Source: Octopus vulgaris | Lineage: Eukaryota | Assembly: GCA_951406725.2 (NCBI GenBank) | Contig: OX597819.1 | Span: forward strand, 85,622,001 to 85,686,000 | DNA length: 64,000 nucleotides | Reading direction: 5' to 3' | In this document: piece by piece, positions 14,400 to 27,611 of the stretch | Position numbering within the stretch: position 1 is the first letter of the stretch | How the letters are laid out: the number at the start of each line of letters is the position of its first letter | Position numbers and translations under genes: made by a program | Notes under the pieces: model-generated | What the model saw: only the letters and a program-made list of their open reading frames with translations | Databases searched by the model: none | What the model was told of the DNA's origin: nothing

Positions 14400-14735
14400 C
14401 AGGGATAGCACGCATTTTTGTCTGTCTCCTGTCAAAGCTTGTTTCCCCAGCGGCCATGACTTCACCTCTTTATGGTTTAATAGCCCTAACCGTTTGTTTT
14501 CACTGTCCTGTTTTTGTAACCAACTTTATCCCTCCGCAAATCCCAAAGTTTATTTAATTTGCTTTGCAGGAGCAACTGTTTTGATGAAGGCGCATCTTTT
14601 CCTAATACTCGATATGCGAATTAGATAAAGAGATTGTTCTTTAGGTTGCCTGTCTTGTTTTTTCCATTTGTTTCTTTCGTTGTTCGCAAAAAGTTCGTTT
14701 TCCATGTCTTTGTATTTCATGTTCTTGTTTTTCAT
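14400..14735 (+). mobile_element. Interspersed repeat, homologous to 45125-45425 (opposite strand)
   Basis: AAATCCCAAAGTTTATTTAATTTGCTTTGC and ATTGTTCTTTAGGTTGCCTGTCTTGTTTTTTCCATTTGTTTCTTTCGTTGT align with the reverse complement of 45181-45370. Confidence 0.65.
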
Positions 14736-14849
14736 ATGTATATATATATATATATAAAATATTATTAGAGACAAAACCACTATTTTGTAAAACAAACAAG
14801 GAAAGACTTAATCAATACATAAAATTTTAATAAATAGTCAAAAAAACCG

Positions 14850-14892
14850 CCACTACAATCGTTTCTTGTCTTGATCGACAATCTTCAGGTGG
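14850..14892 (-). ncRNA. Minimal type I hammerhead ribozyme, canonical core
   Basis: CCAC-CUGAAGA-UUGUC-GAUCAA-GACAA-GAAAC-GAUU-GUA-GUGG: stem I CCAC/GUGG, 5-bp stem II, short quasi-palindromic stem III, GUA cleavage triplet. Confidence 0.85.
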
Positions 14893-14932
14893 ACTTCAAT
14901 AAGTCAGTTTCTTGAAACTGACTTATTGAAGT

Positions 14933-14975
14933 CCACCTGAAGATTGTCGATCAAGACAAAAAACGATTGTAGTGG
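14933..14975 (+). ncRNA. Hammerhead ribozyme copy with G12A core mutation (predicted inactive)
   Basis: Same as the minus-strand copy but GAAAC is AAAAC at 14960. Confidence 0.75.
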
Positions 14976-15154
14976 CGGTTTTTTTGACTATTTATTAAAA
15001 TTTTATGTATTGATTAAGTCTTTCCTTGTTTGTTTTACAAAATAGTGGTTTTGTCTCTAATAATATTTTATAATATTTTACAATAAAATTGGATTTAATC
15101 CTAAATCTGATTTTTTCCCTGTAAATTTGGATTTATTCCCTAATATTTATTATT

Positions 15155-15221
<67 letters not shown>

Positions 15222-15546
15222 GTGTGACTTTATAAATACACACACATTTATTTATCTATATACTAGCAGAGATACCCGAGGTTGCTCGGGATTGAAATGG
15301 CATTGTTTGTATATATATATATATATATATATATATTACAGTCATGTTGAGATAGGTGATACGGGAAAGTGCAGCATTGACAACAAAACATTTGTGGAGT
15401 AAATTTTAAAGCTTTGCAGAAATGACAATTTGAGTTTAGCACACCAATTTGGACAGAATTATATTTTTTATAAGAATGGGATGGATCATATCCGAAAACA
15501 GCCCCCAGGAGCTGAGAAAAAATTTGTACGTGGTCTGTTCTGAGAG

Positions 15547-15971
15547 CTATTGGATCTCTGTGTTATCTGGCGTGCTAAATGTTGCTTTAATGATTAAATG
15601 CTGCACTAAGTGCTGATGGGAAAGTCTCATCTCCCTTGTCTCTTGAGACTCCATCAGACGGGCTGCAGCATGCATTTGCTGATCTTGATCTTCAGAAAAT
15701 GCCATCTCCCTTCTCTCTTGAAACTCTAGTTGACGTGCTGTGGATCTTGAGAAAGGCTCATATCCCTTCTCTATTTGACGTGCTGTGGGTCTTGAGGAAG
15801 CCTTGTCTCCCGTCACTCTTGAGACTCCATCTGATATGTTGCAGTATGCCTTTGCTGATCTTGAGAAAGTCTCATGTCCCTTATCTCCTGAGAGTCTTGC
15901 CTTCAGTTTTTAGTAATCCTCCTTGCTTGATAGAAGTTTCTGTAGAGATTACATTTTTTATTTGGTGGCAT
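15547..15971 (-). pseudogene. Helitron RepHel N-terminal remnant
   Basis: Starts MPPNKKCNL and continues with tandem R/Q/E-rich repeats (ESQETREMRL, QDQQMHAAARL) like those at animal Helitron RepHel N-termini. Stops and frameshifts present. Confidence 0.6.
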
Positions 15972-16019
15972 ATTTTTTGTTCAATATTGTAATAAAAACA
16001 ATTATGAATATAGAAAAAA

Positions 16020-16537
16020 CTAGCAGTATCGCCCGGCGTTGCTCGGGTTTGTAAGGGAAATAACTATATAAGCATTTTTAGAGAGTTACTTCCTTTATAG
16101 ATGCCAATTCGGGCTTTCTTAGCCATTTCTGTTTTGGTGTCTTCAAGCCATGAAGTCGTTGTTCTAAAAGAACGCTGGTCTCCTTGACAACGCATTACGA
16201 CGTTGATTTCCTTAAACTCCCTTCCCCACAGCTTCACGAGGGAGGGAAGAAGGGGGAGAAGCAAACACAGGTGCAGGTGTTTGAGCGTGGATGCCAACTC
16301 CGCCGCCATCGACACACGAAAAATTATGCATTAAAATGGAATAAAAAAATGATGTTAAATTATTTTTAAAATCGTAGACTCATCGTAGACGCGCGCTAAT
16401 AGCCAGACGGGCTTGATATGAATCACGGCTATAAGATACTCGAATTTGGTTAAACTGCACCGCAAAATGTGGGAGGAGTTAGGAATCTAAATCGTAGGAG
16501 ACAGACACTCACACAACTACAGTTATATATATATAGA
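16020..16537 (-). mobile_element. Short non-autonomous Helitron nested in the larger Helitron
   Basis: Minus strand reads A|TCTATATATATATAACTG ... CCCGAGCAACGCCGGG hairpin-ATACTGCTAG|T: TC/CTAG termini at an AT target with no TSD. Confidence 0.85.
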
Positions 16538-16949
16538 TATACATTAATCTCTATTTTTGTAAGCAGTTGTATGTAGTATATCTGTATTTTTGTATGCAGT
16601 GTAAATTAATCAAATATAAGCTAATTGTAAATAACTTGCAACCTTGCAACAGCTACGCTAACTATGACCTGGTAATCGAACGGCTGTGGTGCATTTTTAC
16701 ATACCTTGGACATGCCATCGAATTGTTTGTTTTTTGCTGAGAGTTTCATCTCCAGCTATTCTCGTCACATGTGTATATGTATGTGTAGATGTTTATGTGT
16801 TTAATAACGTACATAATGAACGCGCAAACACTCACACACTCACAGACACATACACATACATATACAAAATGTGATAATACACAGGTATACACTCTCACAT
16901 ACAGTCACATACATATAGTGAGAGAGATACATACAGTTATACATTCACG

Positions 16950-17620
16950 CATGTCAGTCGTGACATATGTATATGCATGTGTAAATGTGTGTGCATGTTT
17001 AATAACACAAACACACACAGTCACGGAGACATACACACTCACACACATTCATTCATTCACAGACACATACATTTTCATATACAAAGTGTGACGTCGCGGT
17101 CGTCGTGGTATAACATATCCTTTACTATTTCATATCTATCGATCGCGCAAACACACAGACACTCACACACAGACACACACACACAGACACATACACTTTC
17201 ATATAGTATGTCCTGTACTATAGTTGACTATGAAAATATTATGCCTATGAAATGTTATATTAATTTAAAGGAAATGAAAAAAATACTTATTGAGAGTCGT
17301 GGGGTGTAACACTATATAGCCAGAGAGACACACGAAGACATATATTCACACATGTCAGGCGTCACATATGTATAGGTATGTGTGTGTTGAATAACGTCCT
17401 TAATGCAGAAACACACACGCACGCACTAAGACACATGCACACTCATACACTCATAGACACATAGAGACTCATATACAAAAAGTGACGTTGTCGTGGTCGT
17501 CGTGGTATAAATTTCTATACTATATTTGACTATAGAAAGATTGTCTCTATAAAATTTCATATTGTTTTAATCGAAATGAAAAACAATTAAATGTTGACAC
17601 TCGTGGGGTGTGATACTATT
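16950..17620. repeat. Diverged ~370-bp direct duplication inside the Helitron
   Basis: CATGTCAG..CACATATGTAT...GTGACG..GGTCGTCGTGGTATAA...GACTAT...TCGTGGGGTGT occurs twice. Confidence 0.7.
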
Positions 17621-18384
17621 TGATTTGGTGGAGCCGTTTGATACATATAGATTAACCTAATAGAAGCACATGTACGAACTTCTAATCAAACGGTAAATGT
17701 CACAATAATCATAGATAAATTTCTTAATATATATATATATCTTAATCACATATATTAAATGTTAATTTAAGGGTTAATATGTAACTGTAAATACTTTGCA
17801 GCCTTACAACTGCTGCGATAATTATTTACTGTTAATTGAACGGTAAATGAATATCTTTATATACCAGGGGCTGAGTGTTATCACATTAGAATTAAAGGTG
17901 AAAGAATAAAAGTGAAACAATATTCACTTTTGACACGTAATACCGCACCAGTCTAAAAGATTGCTCCGGGCTCGCATTAGGCAAGAAGTGGAACAGTGTT
18001 TGCTCATGACACTCCATGGACCCTAAGTAATGCATATGTAGAATTTGATTAAAATCCGTTGGGTAGTTCTTGAATTTTAGTGATTCACACATACAGATAG
18101 ACAGACAGACACACAGACACAGACACAGACACACATTTTCTCACTATTATATATATAGACAAGGAAACTATTCATGATGCTGTTTCATAATTCACTTACA
18201 TTTACATAATGAATTAGTATCGTCCCCGGTTTTTCAGTCAAGAACAGTCAAGTTGGATTAAACTGGAATTTAATTATCTACGCAAACGGCTAGCCGAGTC
18301 CGCGTCTGGAGTGCTTATGGTGGGTCTGCGCGATTCTTTAAATCCAATTATTATATTGTATTTTACTATATTATATGTACACAA

Positions 18385-18570
18385 GGCGGCGAGCTGGCAG
18401 GGTCGTCACCACGCTGGACGAAATGCTTAGCGAATTGCTTAGCGAGTTCGACTTTGCCATTTATCCTTTCGGGGTCGATAAAATAAGTACCAGTGAAATT
18501 ATGGGTTCGTTGTAATCGACTAGTCGCCTACCCAAAACCTCAGGCATTGTGCCTATAGTAGAAAGGATTA
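18385..18570 (+). mobile_element. Deu/Nin-like SINE
   Basis: GGCGGCGAGCTGGCAG...TCGACTTTGCCATTTATCCTTTCGGGGTCGATAAAATAAGTACCAG. Confidence 0.85.
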
Positions 18571-19265
18571 TATTATATGTACACAAACACACACATGTAC
18601 GTATGGACCAAACAGTTTGATTCACATTCGTTGGTACACTTGAGCTTCAAGTGTGATGCTAGTCGTTAGCCATTTTGAATTTGAATGACAGGAGTTGGTG
18701 GTAATCACCGTAAGGTGGGATGCGATTGGTTGAGAAAAGTCATGCGGTGTTCTGGTTTGAATTTTTTTTTGTATGGGTAACAATTATTTGGAAAATACCA
18801 CATGGCGAACTGGAAATTGTCCGCGTAGAGGACAGGAAATAGGCAAGATGGCGATCAGAAACCGGTTAGGTTTTTTGGCGGGGGAGAAGTAGGAAGACGT
18901 GGCATGTGCAGTATACAGTTCTATATGTGGGTATGTAGGCGAGCTCATATAGTTTTACGTGTATGTGTATATTGAAGCGAGTGTCCGCATCTGTACATGG
19001 CCACGCATGCACACGTCTGCACACACACACACACAGACACACGCACATACACATGGCTAGACTAACACGCACATACGCACGCACACGCACAAACACACGC
19101 ATACGCACACATGTACGCACATACGCGCATACATACACACATGCGTATTCATTCACATGTACATATGAATATTTGCATGCGTACCGGTGCGCGCACACAC
19201 AGGCATGCGCTTGCACATGTGCATTCGCATGAGGGCGTGCGCGAGGATACGCGCGCAAAACAAGC

Positions 19266-19335
19266 GTTGGGGATTGGTAAGCGTTGGTAATTTGTATACG
19301 TTGAAGATTGGTAAACGTTGGGGATTGGTAAATGG
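19266..19335. repeat. Short tandem array (~17-bp unit CGTTGGGGATTGGTAAA)
   Basis: About four imperfect units, resembling the subterminal arrays of DNA transposons. Confidence 0.6.
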
Positions 19336-19470
19336 CGATCCTGCACAAGGGGGTGGTTGATAGCGGTGACCTTGGTGCAATGAATTTGAATCAAACTCTT
19401 TTGATCTATACGTGTAATTCCCAATGAACTGCTTGAGTGCTCTTTCTTCTTTTGTCTACTCACTCGTATA

Positions 19471-19517
<47 letters not shown>

Positions 19518-20170
19518 TCACATGCATTATGTATTTACGTGTGTATATGTTTGTGCGCGCGTAGTAATAATCATGTTTTTGACAAAAGGTTATCATTATG
19601 GATATTTGTATAATATTCTCAGATAATTAGAAACTCTCTTATGATTTTCAACAGTTGAATTGATGTCAAAATAATGTGACGTCTGATATTGATAAAGCCC
19701 TTTTTACTTCACATACTTAAGACAAGATATTCTTTAAAAGCTTTTCTGAATCTTACTAGAATGTATTTGCTTTAATTTAATATTTGTTCTTAAATTAGTG
19801 TAGCATGTATATTGTAGAAATACGGCCAGAGAAACATTGCGCATAATGTTAAAAATATAACGCTGTAAAGTTAATTTAGCAGGAAACAAATTTAACGGAG
19901 ACTGCATTCTAAATTACCAAAGAAAATTCATATATCTAAATGTCAGTTGAAATATTGGCTTCTAAATGCGACCACATATAATTCCTGATAGGCAACATTA
20001 TGTAGATATCTTAGAAAAAGGCATCGTATAGCTTCAATGATATTTTATTTTTTATTTTTTGTATTCGAAAATCTTACCAACTAGTAAATAGTCAGATAAC
20101 CATATTTATGCCTGTAAATACATTTTTATAGACATGTAAAGATAATTAATGTACATGAACACTTGTAAGG

Positions 20171-20205
<35 letters not shown>

Positions 20206-20447
20206 GTACATACACACACACACACATATACTTTATATACACAAGGTCCGTTCAAAATGTATCGAACTTTATTTTTCCTCTAAAATTAAAGCCGTGTGGG
20301 CAAAATCCTCTAGGCGAGAAGTTATGTCACGCTTCATAAAAACGTGGAAAACTTTTTGCTCCTCTAGGAAGCGCCAGTTCGAGGCTGTTACTACAGACGC
20401 GTAGTTCGCACACGTCCGAATTTCGTTTTCCTGGGAAATATAAATAT

Positions 20448-20700
20448 CTCTTGTATAAGATCCGTTCTCTCTGTCTGTCTGTGTGTGTGTCTTCTCGGAT
20501 CTCGGGCATCCTCCATCCGATTGCGCTCAAATTTGATATGTAGATACTGACGGTATCAGGGCGTGTATAAGTCTTCAAAAATCGATTCCAGGTCAGAATG
20601 CGATCGATAAAACCGTTTTTTCCTGCTTTTCTTCCGTCAACCTGTACATAATTGCATCTTTCATTTTTTATTGTTTTTGTACTGCTTAAAGGCACGTTTT
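20448..20700 (+). mobile_element. Helitron-like 5' end
   Basis: TCTTGTATAAGA...(CTGT)n...CATCCGATTGCGCTCAAATTTG resembles the other Helitron 5' ends in this window. The 3' end was not identified. Confidence 0.5.
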
Positions 20701-21500
20701 TTTCCTGCCAAGCTTACTGTTTACACCATGTTTGTGTTCTCCCAGTCAACAGCCTTATCATTACTGGTACTTTAAACTCTTCGGTTGCATATTTGTGTGA
20801 ATAAAATCGTTTTTCTATTGCTGGCTGGACAAAAACTTTGATGAGGTGAATGATGAAAAAAGTATGATATTAATGGGAGAAGACAAAAAACGCCCGCCGA
20901 TATTTTGCTTCTCTAAAACATTATTCCCTATTTTTTTTTCCACAGAAAAAAGACAAAATTAAGTATTGAACCTCTTCAGTTTTACAATTATTGGACTTAA
21001 TAGTCCATTTAAAAATTGGGGCGTTAAGCCTCTTAAATACAATAACATACAATAAATATTAAACATTATTCAATAAACATTATGACACTGAGGCTTTTCA
21101 ACCTCTTGTCACTATTCCTCCCCAACATCGCTTGTACCCGTATACTCCGTCATCACTCACGCCTCATTCAAGACCAAGGCGGGTTCCGAGTCGGCTTCGC
21201 CCGGCCACAAGCGATATACCTCACTGAGTCTCTGCAGTCTACGCTTCACGGATAACGTTATAACCTCCACCGATATCTGCGGAGGCCATTCGGGGTGCTG
21301 AAAGTTCCTGGTTGGAGTTCTTTTACAGGCCTTTCGAGCTCTTTTACAGGGCTTAGAAAGACTGAACGACTGCTGCAATAAATATGAGAGTCTGAGAGGA
21401 GAATTTGTTGAATAAATCGTAACTAACTGATTTTCCTTTATTTTTGTTTTATCCAAAGCCAGGAACCTTTTAGTACTCCCTTGGAAATTGGCTACTCTAT

Positions 21501-22184
21501 ACTGCAGATGTGACTATTTAGAAGTCAGCCAAAGACAAAGCATTTGCGATTGAGAAACTGGATTTTTAGTTTTATGTTTAGTCTTTATTTTTGTTGCTAC
21601 AATCATTAAGATATTTAGTTTACGTCACGAACTAATTAAGTTGAAACTTTCAAATGAGGGATTTTCAAATTGGCAAATAGAATATCTAACAAGAATTTTG
21701 CTATCTAATCTATAGTTATAATAGTATGAACAATTCTAAACATCCATCATAATTTATAACCAGTAAGCTATTATCTTTCAAAAAAGTAGTAGTTTCTTCA
21801 GGAAACCACAATTTACGCATTCAAAATGGAAGATAAAATGAAGTCAAGAAAATGTATGTGTTTTGATGAAACTGGTTATGGAAGATACTCTTAAAATCAG
21901 AAACATTAGTTTTAAGACAAATAACCCTTATCTGCAGTACGTATTTATTTTCATTAATTACATACTAACAACTTTACGATCCACTTGATGCCAGAAAGGA
22001 TTTTCTGGAATCTTCTTATTTCTCAATATACACATAATCTGAGGCTATATGAACGTGCACACATCCAGGAATAAAATATCAGGTGACAATAAAATATCAA
22101 ATTAACATAAGCAGAGTAGATAAATTTAGTATCCCTCCTCAGACGAACTCATGTTGGATATTTAAATATAGTCACATCTGCAGT
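21501..22184. mobile_element. Possible MITE bounded by 17-bp inverted repeats
   Basis: ACTGCAGATGTGACTAT (21501) and ATAGTCACATCTGCAGT (to 22184). No clear TSD. Confidence 0.45.
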
Positions 22185-22195
22185 TAGGTTATATA

Positions 22196-22769
22196 TTGGG
22201 TTGTCCGGAAAGTTCATGCCGATTTTTAGAGGAAAGAGAAAGGTCAATAAATACTTGCCATTACATTTCTAATCAACCAAATATGAACCATTTTGTTGCA
22301 CAATGCGTCTCCATCTTTCCTTTAACTTGAACATACCCTTTTCCCAGAACTGAGTTGGTTTCATGGCAAAGAATTCATCAAGGTATCTTTTTACGTCATC
22401 CAAGGAATTGAAATTTTTATCATTAAGACTATTCTACAGAGACCTGAATAAGTGGAAATCCGAAGGAGCAATATCTGGTGAATATGGAGGGTGGGGTAAC
22501 ACATCCCAGCCGAGCTGCAGCAATTTTTGTCTGGTACCCAAAGCATCAAGTGCCGAAAATGAACGTTCTTACCTTCCAATTCAAAGGGTTACAGAATTAA
22601 CACAGAATATAGGAATATAGGAATATAAACCTCCTTCCATGAAAAGATAGTTTAACTTGTGCTCAAAATGGCGGTGTAGTCAAATCCTATTTCATGAACT
22701 CAACCATGTTCTAAAATAAGTCGAAACGTAAGCTGCTATAAATCGGCACGAACTTTCTGGATAACCCAA
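22196..22769 (-). mobile_element. Internally deleted mariner element, copy 1
   Basis: TIRs TTGGGTTGTCCGGAAAGTTCATGCCGATTT / AAATCGGCACGAACTTTCTGGATAACCCAA with TA TSD. N-terminal MEGKNVHFRHLML is fused to a C-terminal WDVLPHPPYSPDIAPSDFHLF. Confidence 0.93.
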
Positions 22770-23004
22770 TAGTATCCATTTATTTTGACATTTCAATTTT
22801 TCTTGTAGGTAAGTGCACAACTTGATTTGATAGAGGTTTAAAATTTTACTCTCTGCCAATATTTCTTGTTCCCAAATTGCAGATACGCTCTGACTCTTCA
22901 TAAAACAGTTTTTCTTTTATGATAATGTACAATGATTTAGGTACAGTTGTATTACATATTGTTTATTTGGATAATCACTGGTTAGATATTCTTTATCTTT
23001 TATA

Positions 23005-23375
23005 ATTTACATGTTTCAGTCTTTAGACTGAAGCCATGGGGCGGGAGGGGGGTCGCCACCTTAAAGAAGTTTTACTCGAATGAATTGACAACAGTTCTAT
23101 TATTTTGGTTAAGCCTGGTATTTATTCCATCGGATTCTATTTACCGAACCGCTAAGATATGGGGACGTAAATGCATCTACACCGGTTGTCAAGGGGTGAT
23201 GGGGGCCAGGCATAGACACAAAGATCGCATACACACACAAGCGCGCGCGGACAAACAAACACACATGCGCGCGCACATACACACACACACACAAACACAA
23301 CGGGTTTTTTTCAGTATCTGTCGACCAAATTCCCTCACAAGGTTTTGGTCGGCTCGGGACTATAGTAGGAGACAC
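23005..23375 (-). mobile_element. Long tRNA-derived SINE (second family), partial
   Basis: Homologous to 45545-45958 (TTACATGTTTCAGTC..., CCGAACCGCTAAG, AAATTCCCTCACAAGG). Confidence 0.75.
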
Positions 23376-23615
23376 TGAGCTTGTACACACACACGCACAC
23401 ACACACACACATACACACACACACACATTTGTATATATTATCTTAGATATGCTGCAAGTGTTTCGCTAAAGTTTTAGACAGGCGGTATTCTATATACTTC
23501 ATTTCACCCAGTTACCGGTAAATTAGTTGGAAATGTTATTAAATAAGATTGACGTAGGGTATGTTTTAAGTATTTCTGTGCGTGTGTATGTTAGTGACTG
23601 TATGCATATATGTTA

Positions 23616-23702
<87 letters not shown>

Positions 23703-23713
23703 CATACGCATAA

Positions 23714-23747
<34 letters not shown>

Positions 23748-23821
23748 ACATACACATACACATATATATTCATGTATATATATATATATATATATATATA
23801 TTTACTAACACATAAATAAGC

Positions 23822-23900
<79 letters not shown>

Positions 23901-23916
23901 AATATAATTATCAATT

Positions 23917-25011
23917 ACAGCAATTGGAAGGCAGACACAAACAGGTAAGAGAGAATGAATTGACGGCAATCTATCATACAATTTTAAGTTATCTACGGAC
24001 GCACGTTTCGAAATCAAGTTTTTAGGAAAGCATAAGAATTAAATATTAAATAATTCTACCTTACCCAAACTTCTTTTCTCTTCAGCGTAGAATACTATAA
24101 TCATAAATGATTATATATTGAATTTTGAGATACTAGAAGGCACCAACTCAACTAAGTATCAGAGCGAGCTAGAATCCGCAACTAGTATCACCAAATTCAA
24201 AGTGTGAATGAAAAGATTGTGTCACCAGCCCCTTCCCACCCGCGTGTAGCCAAAACAAGATGATGTGGTCATCTACTGAGATAAAAAATATGGTTATCCG
24301 TAATAATGAAGGGTGAAATTAATTAATTTGGAATAATTATCAATTACACCAAGTCTGTTACACCGGTCTGTGGTAAGGCAATTCGTTGCTAAACCCTTTA
24401 TTGCTTAGTATTACTTAAATTTTCCTCGAATGAGGCTTTTACATGCCGAAGACTACTTGGTGTAATTGATAATTATTCCAAATTAATTAATTTCAACCTT
24501 CATTATTACGGATAACCATATTTTTTATCTCAGTAGATGACCACAGCATCTTGTTTTGGCTACACGCGGGTGGGAAGGGGCTGGTGACACAATCTTTTCA
24601 TTCACACTTTGAATTTGGTGATACTAGTTGCGGATTCTAGCTCGCTCTGATACTTAGTTGAGTTGGTGCCTTCTAGTATCTCAAAATTCAATATATAATC
24701 ATTTATGATTATAGTATTCTACGCTGAAGAGAAAAGAAGTTTGGGTAAGGTAGAATTATTTAATATTTAATTCTTATGCTTTCCTAAAAACTTGATTTCG
24801 AAACGTGCGTCCGTAGATAACTTAAAATTGTATGATAGATTGCCGTCAATTCATTCTCTCTTACCTGTTTGTGTCTGCCTTCCAATTGCTGTTTTTACTG
24901 AGATCTCCCTTTTTAGTAGAAGAAATAGCTATAACTCTTTGACTGCTATTTCTAAATTCGGTCTGTGGTAAGGCAATTCGTTGCTAAACCCTTTATTGCT
25001 TAGTATTACTT
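23917..25011. mobile_element. Fold-back Penelope-like insertion: 438-bp inverted arms, 100-bp spacer and a partial direct repeat
   Basis: 23917-24354 is the reverse complement of 24455-24892 (2 mismatches seen). 24365-24416 is repeated directly at 24961-25011. Microsatellites flank both sides. Confidence 0.85.
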
Positions 25012-27259
25012 ATATAAATATATATATATATAAAATGTATATTTTATATACCTTGCAGTATAAAACCGTAATAAAGTTTAGAAGTTTAAGCAAATGTGTC
25101 ACACTCCTCGAATCCTATCCTACATACAATTGTGGCGAAAATCTGAAATAATACCACAGAACTTAATTGTTCACAATGCCGTTTGAAACTTGGCTGCTGG
25201 ATGCAGTCAATAATTAGTTAGGTGTTATGTATGGGTACTTCAGCGTAAGAAATAAATTTCCCGATCCCCAAATTAATCGAATTCATTTCGTTTCACTTAT
25301 GCCTCTGATACTTTTGGGAAAAGCGTGATTGTTACGTTCCGTATTTTAATTTATCTTGTAATGCAAAAACTTTTAGTTCAATCAATAGGAAGCTAGTAAG
25401 AATTCGGGGGATATGAAGTTAAACTACAGGAATTCCTTTTGGATTAACGAAATCTCTTTTATAATATACAGCATTCTCATTCTGCCCAGTTCATAGATCA
25501 CAGAGGTTCGCAAAAGAAGTTTTAATTTGCTACCATACGTTACAATAAAACTGAATTTTGACCTTGCGGTAAATTATACTTAAAGTTATAATTAAAGTTT
25601 ATTCAATATTGACTAACTATATTTTGGGAGAAATAACTAAGAATATAATCGTGTTTTTAAATGCCGTCGTATACTTTTGAATTAGTATTATTTGAAAGGG
25701 CAATATGATAATTTAATGCCCATCCCTTCTCGTATCATTATGTCTGGTACCACCCACATAACATACTATGTGTATGATTTGTCTCTATGACATGTTATTT
25801 CATATGAGTAGGCGTGAAAAAGCAACGTAACAAATTATATAAATATATAATAATATATTATAAATCATATAACTGAGAGAACCAATTGCTTCACTGCTTA
25901 TAGAATGTCATCATATCATTAGATACACTTGTATTACCAGCAGCAGATACACTTATTCAGATAAACTTTCTATAACTTTCAGATATTCATATGCTATCAT
26001 ATTTGTCATCAACTGGCCTCTAAAAACATGATTCCTTTCACGTGTATTCTTATTACAACAATTTTAACTAATGAAGTTTTGTCTAAAAACGAAATATTCA
26101 AGGAAATTCCCATTTAATTGTATGGGATGGACATGCGTTTAAGCGACGGTAGGTGAGTGATAAGTTTGAACAAGAAAGCAACTTTTATAGAGACTCATAC
26201 TGTTTCTTGCAGTGAATAAATCATACGCTGAATAAATGTTTATTAGGAGAAAAGAAAAAGACACGCTCACACACGTACTCACACACAAAAAATATTAAGT
26301 TGTATGTGGCAAACAAAGCAGCAAATAACACTAACATTTTAAAGAGAAAACGAATATGCCTTAGTACATCATCGATGAGATGCGATAGTGGTCGGTAGAG
26401 AGAAAACATCAGCGGTAGCTGTTGCAGGGAATCGATAGAACTACCAATCTCCAAATCAACATGTAAGAAGTAACAGCATTTTTACTTCAGTTCGCTCACA
26501 TTGGAATAACGATATCACAACTCTTGCGGTGAGTCTCTACGTTCTTTTATATCGACATTTCTGAAGAAGAAAAGAAATAGTTTTATGATTTTTTTCCTTG
26601 CTGTAATTGTATTAAATGCTTCTCTGTTTTTTCAGCAATAAACATCGATAGATGTTTACATAACTTTTTCGATCGATATTTCCTCTTTTCTAACAGATAA
26701 GATTCTAATATTTCAAATATTTTCGTAATAGTTTCGTAACTAAAATTAATGAAATATCTGTAAACACATACTCGCTCACACGCTCGCACACACATACACA
26801 CATGTACACACGATATGTTTGTGTGTATGTATGTATGTATGTATGTATGTATGTATGTATGTATGTATGTATGTATGTATGTATGTATGTTTGCATGTGT
26901 GTTTGTGTGTGTGTATGTATGTACATATGTATGTGTGTGTGTGTGTTTATGTGTTTATATAGATTTACGCACATGGACACGTAAATACGTCTAAACATAA
27001 ATTAATAAATATATGATTTTAACGCGTGTATACATCTTTTATCGACATGCCTTCACTACGCGCTCTGTTTCTGTCTTCCTTTTGTACTCTTATTCTCCTT
27101 CATCACATTTTCATATTTATTTCTCCCTTATTCTCATACGACGGTATAAATACATATAAATGCATCGAAAATCCATATAAACAAACAGACACAAACATAC
27201 GCACATATAACACAATTGTTAATATATTGTGTATATACATACGGATGTGCGTGTGTATG

Positions 27260-27338
<79 letters not shown>

Positions 27339-27339
27339 T

Positions 27340-27535
27340 AATTAATTAAGGGTTCAGCAGAGATTTGCCTCACCACATACCGAATTTAGAAATAGATGTC
27401 AAAAAGTTTTGGCTATTCTTTTTACTTAATTAGTATTACTTAAACCTTCCTTGAATGGGTCTTTTACATACCGAACTCTACTTGGTGAAATTAATGATTA
27501 TTTCTAAATTAATTAATTGATTTCACCCTATATTA
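27340..27535. mobile_element. (TA)n-embedded short element, same family as 24365-24500 and 57060-57440
   Basis: AAGGGTTCAGCAGAGATTTGCCTCACCACATACCGAATTTAGAAATAG ... CTACTTGGTGAAATTAATGATTATTT...TTCACCCT. Confidence 0.75.
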
Positions 27536-27538
27536 TTG

Positions 27539-27611
<73 letters not shown>

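Larger units (their letters stand above)
14753..15072. repeat. Near-perfect palindrome (159-bp arms, 2-nt loop) in a (TA)n-flanked Penelope-like pLTR fragment
   Basis: Centre AGTTTC-TT-GAAACT (14912-14913). The arms are identical except 14865/14960. Confidence 0.97.
15263..18159 (-). mobile_element. Non-autonomous Helitron retaining the RepHel 5' coding remnant
   Basis: Minus-strand 3' end has a CCCGAG-CAAC-CTCGGG hairpin followed by CTAG. The 5' end TCTATATATATAAT is followed by (CTGT)n and ACGGATTTTAATCAAATT, typical of animal Helitron 5' ends. Pairing of the two ends is inferred. Confidence 0.7.

Noticed and set aside
19266-19335. Short repeat array superficially like CRISPR
   Set aside because: No unique spacers, no cas genes, and a eukaryotic context.
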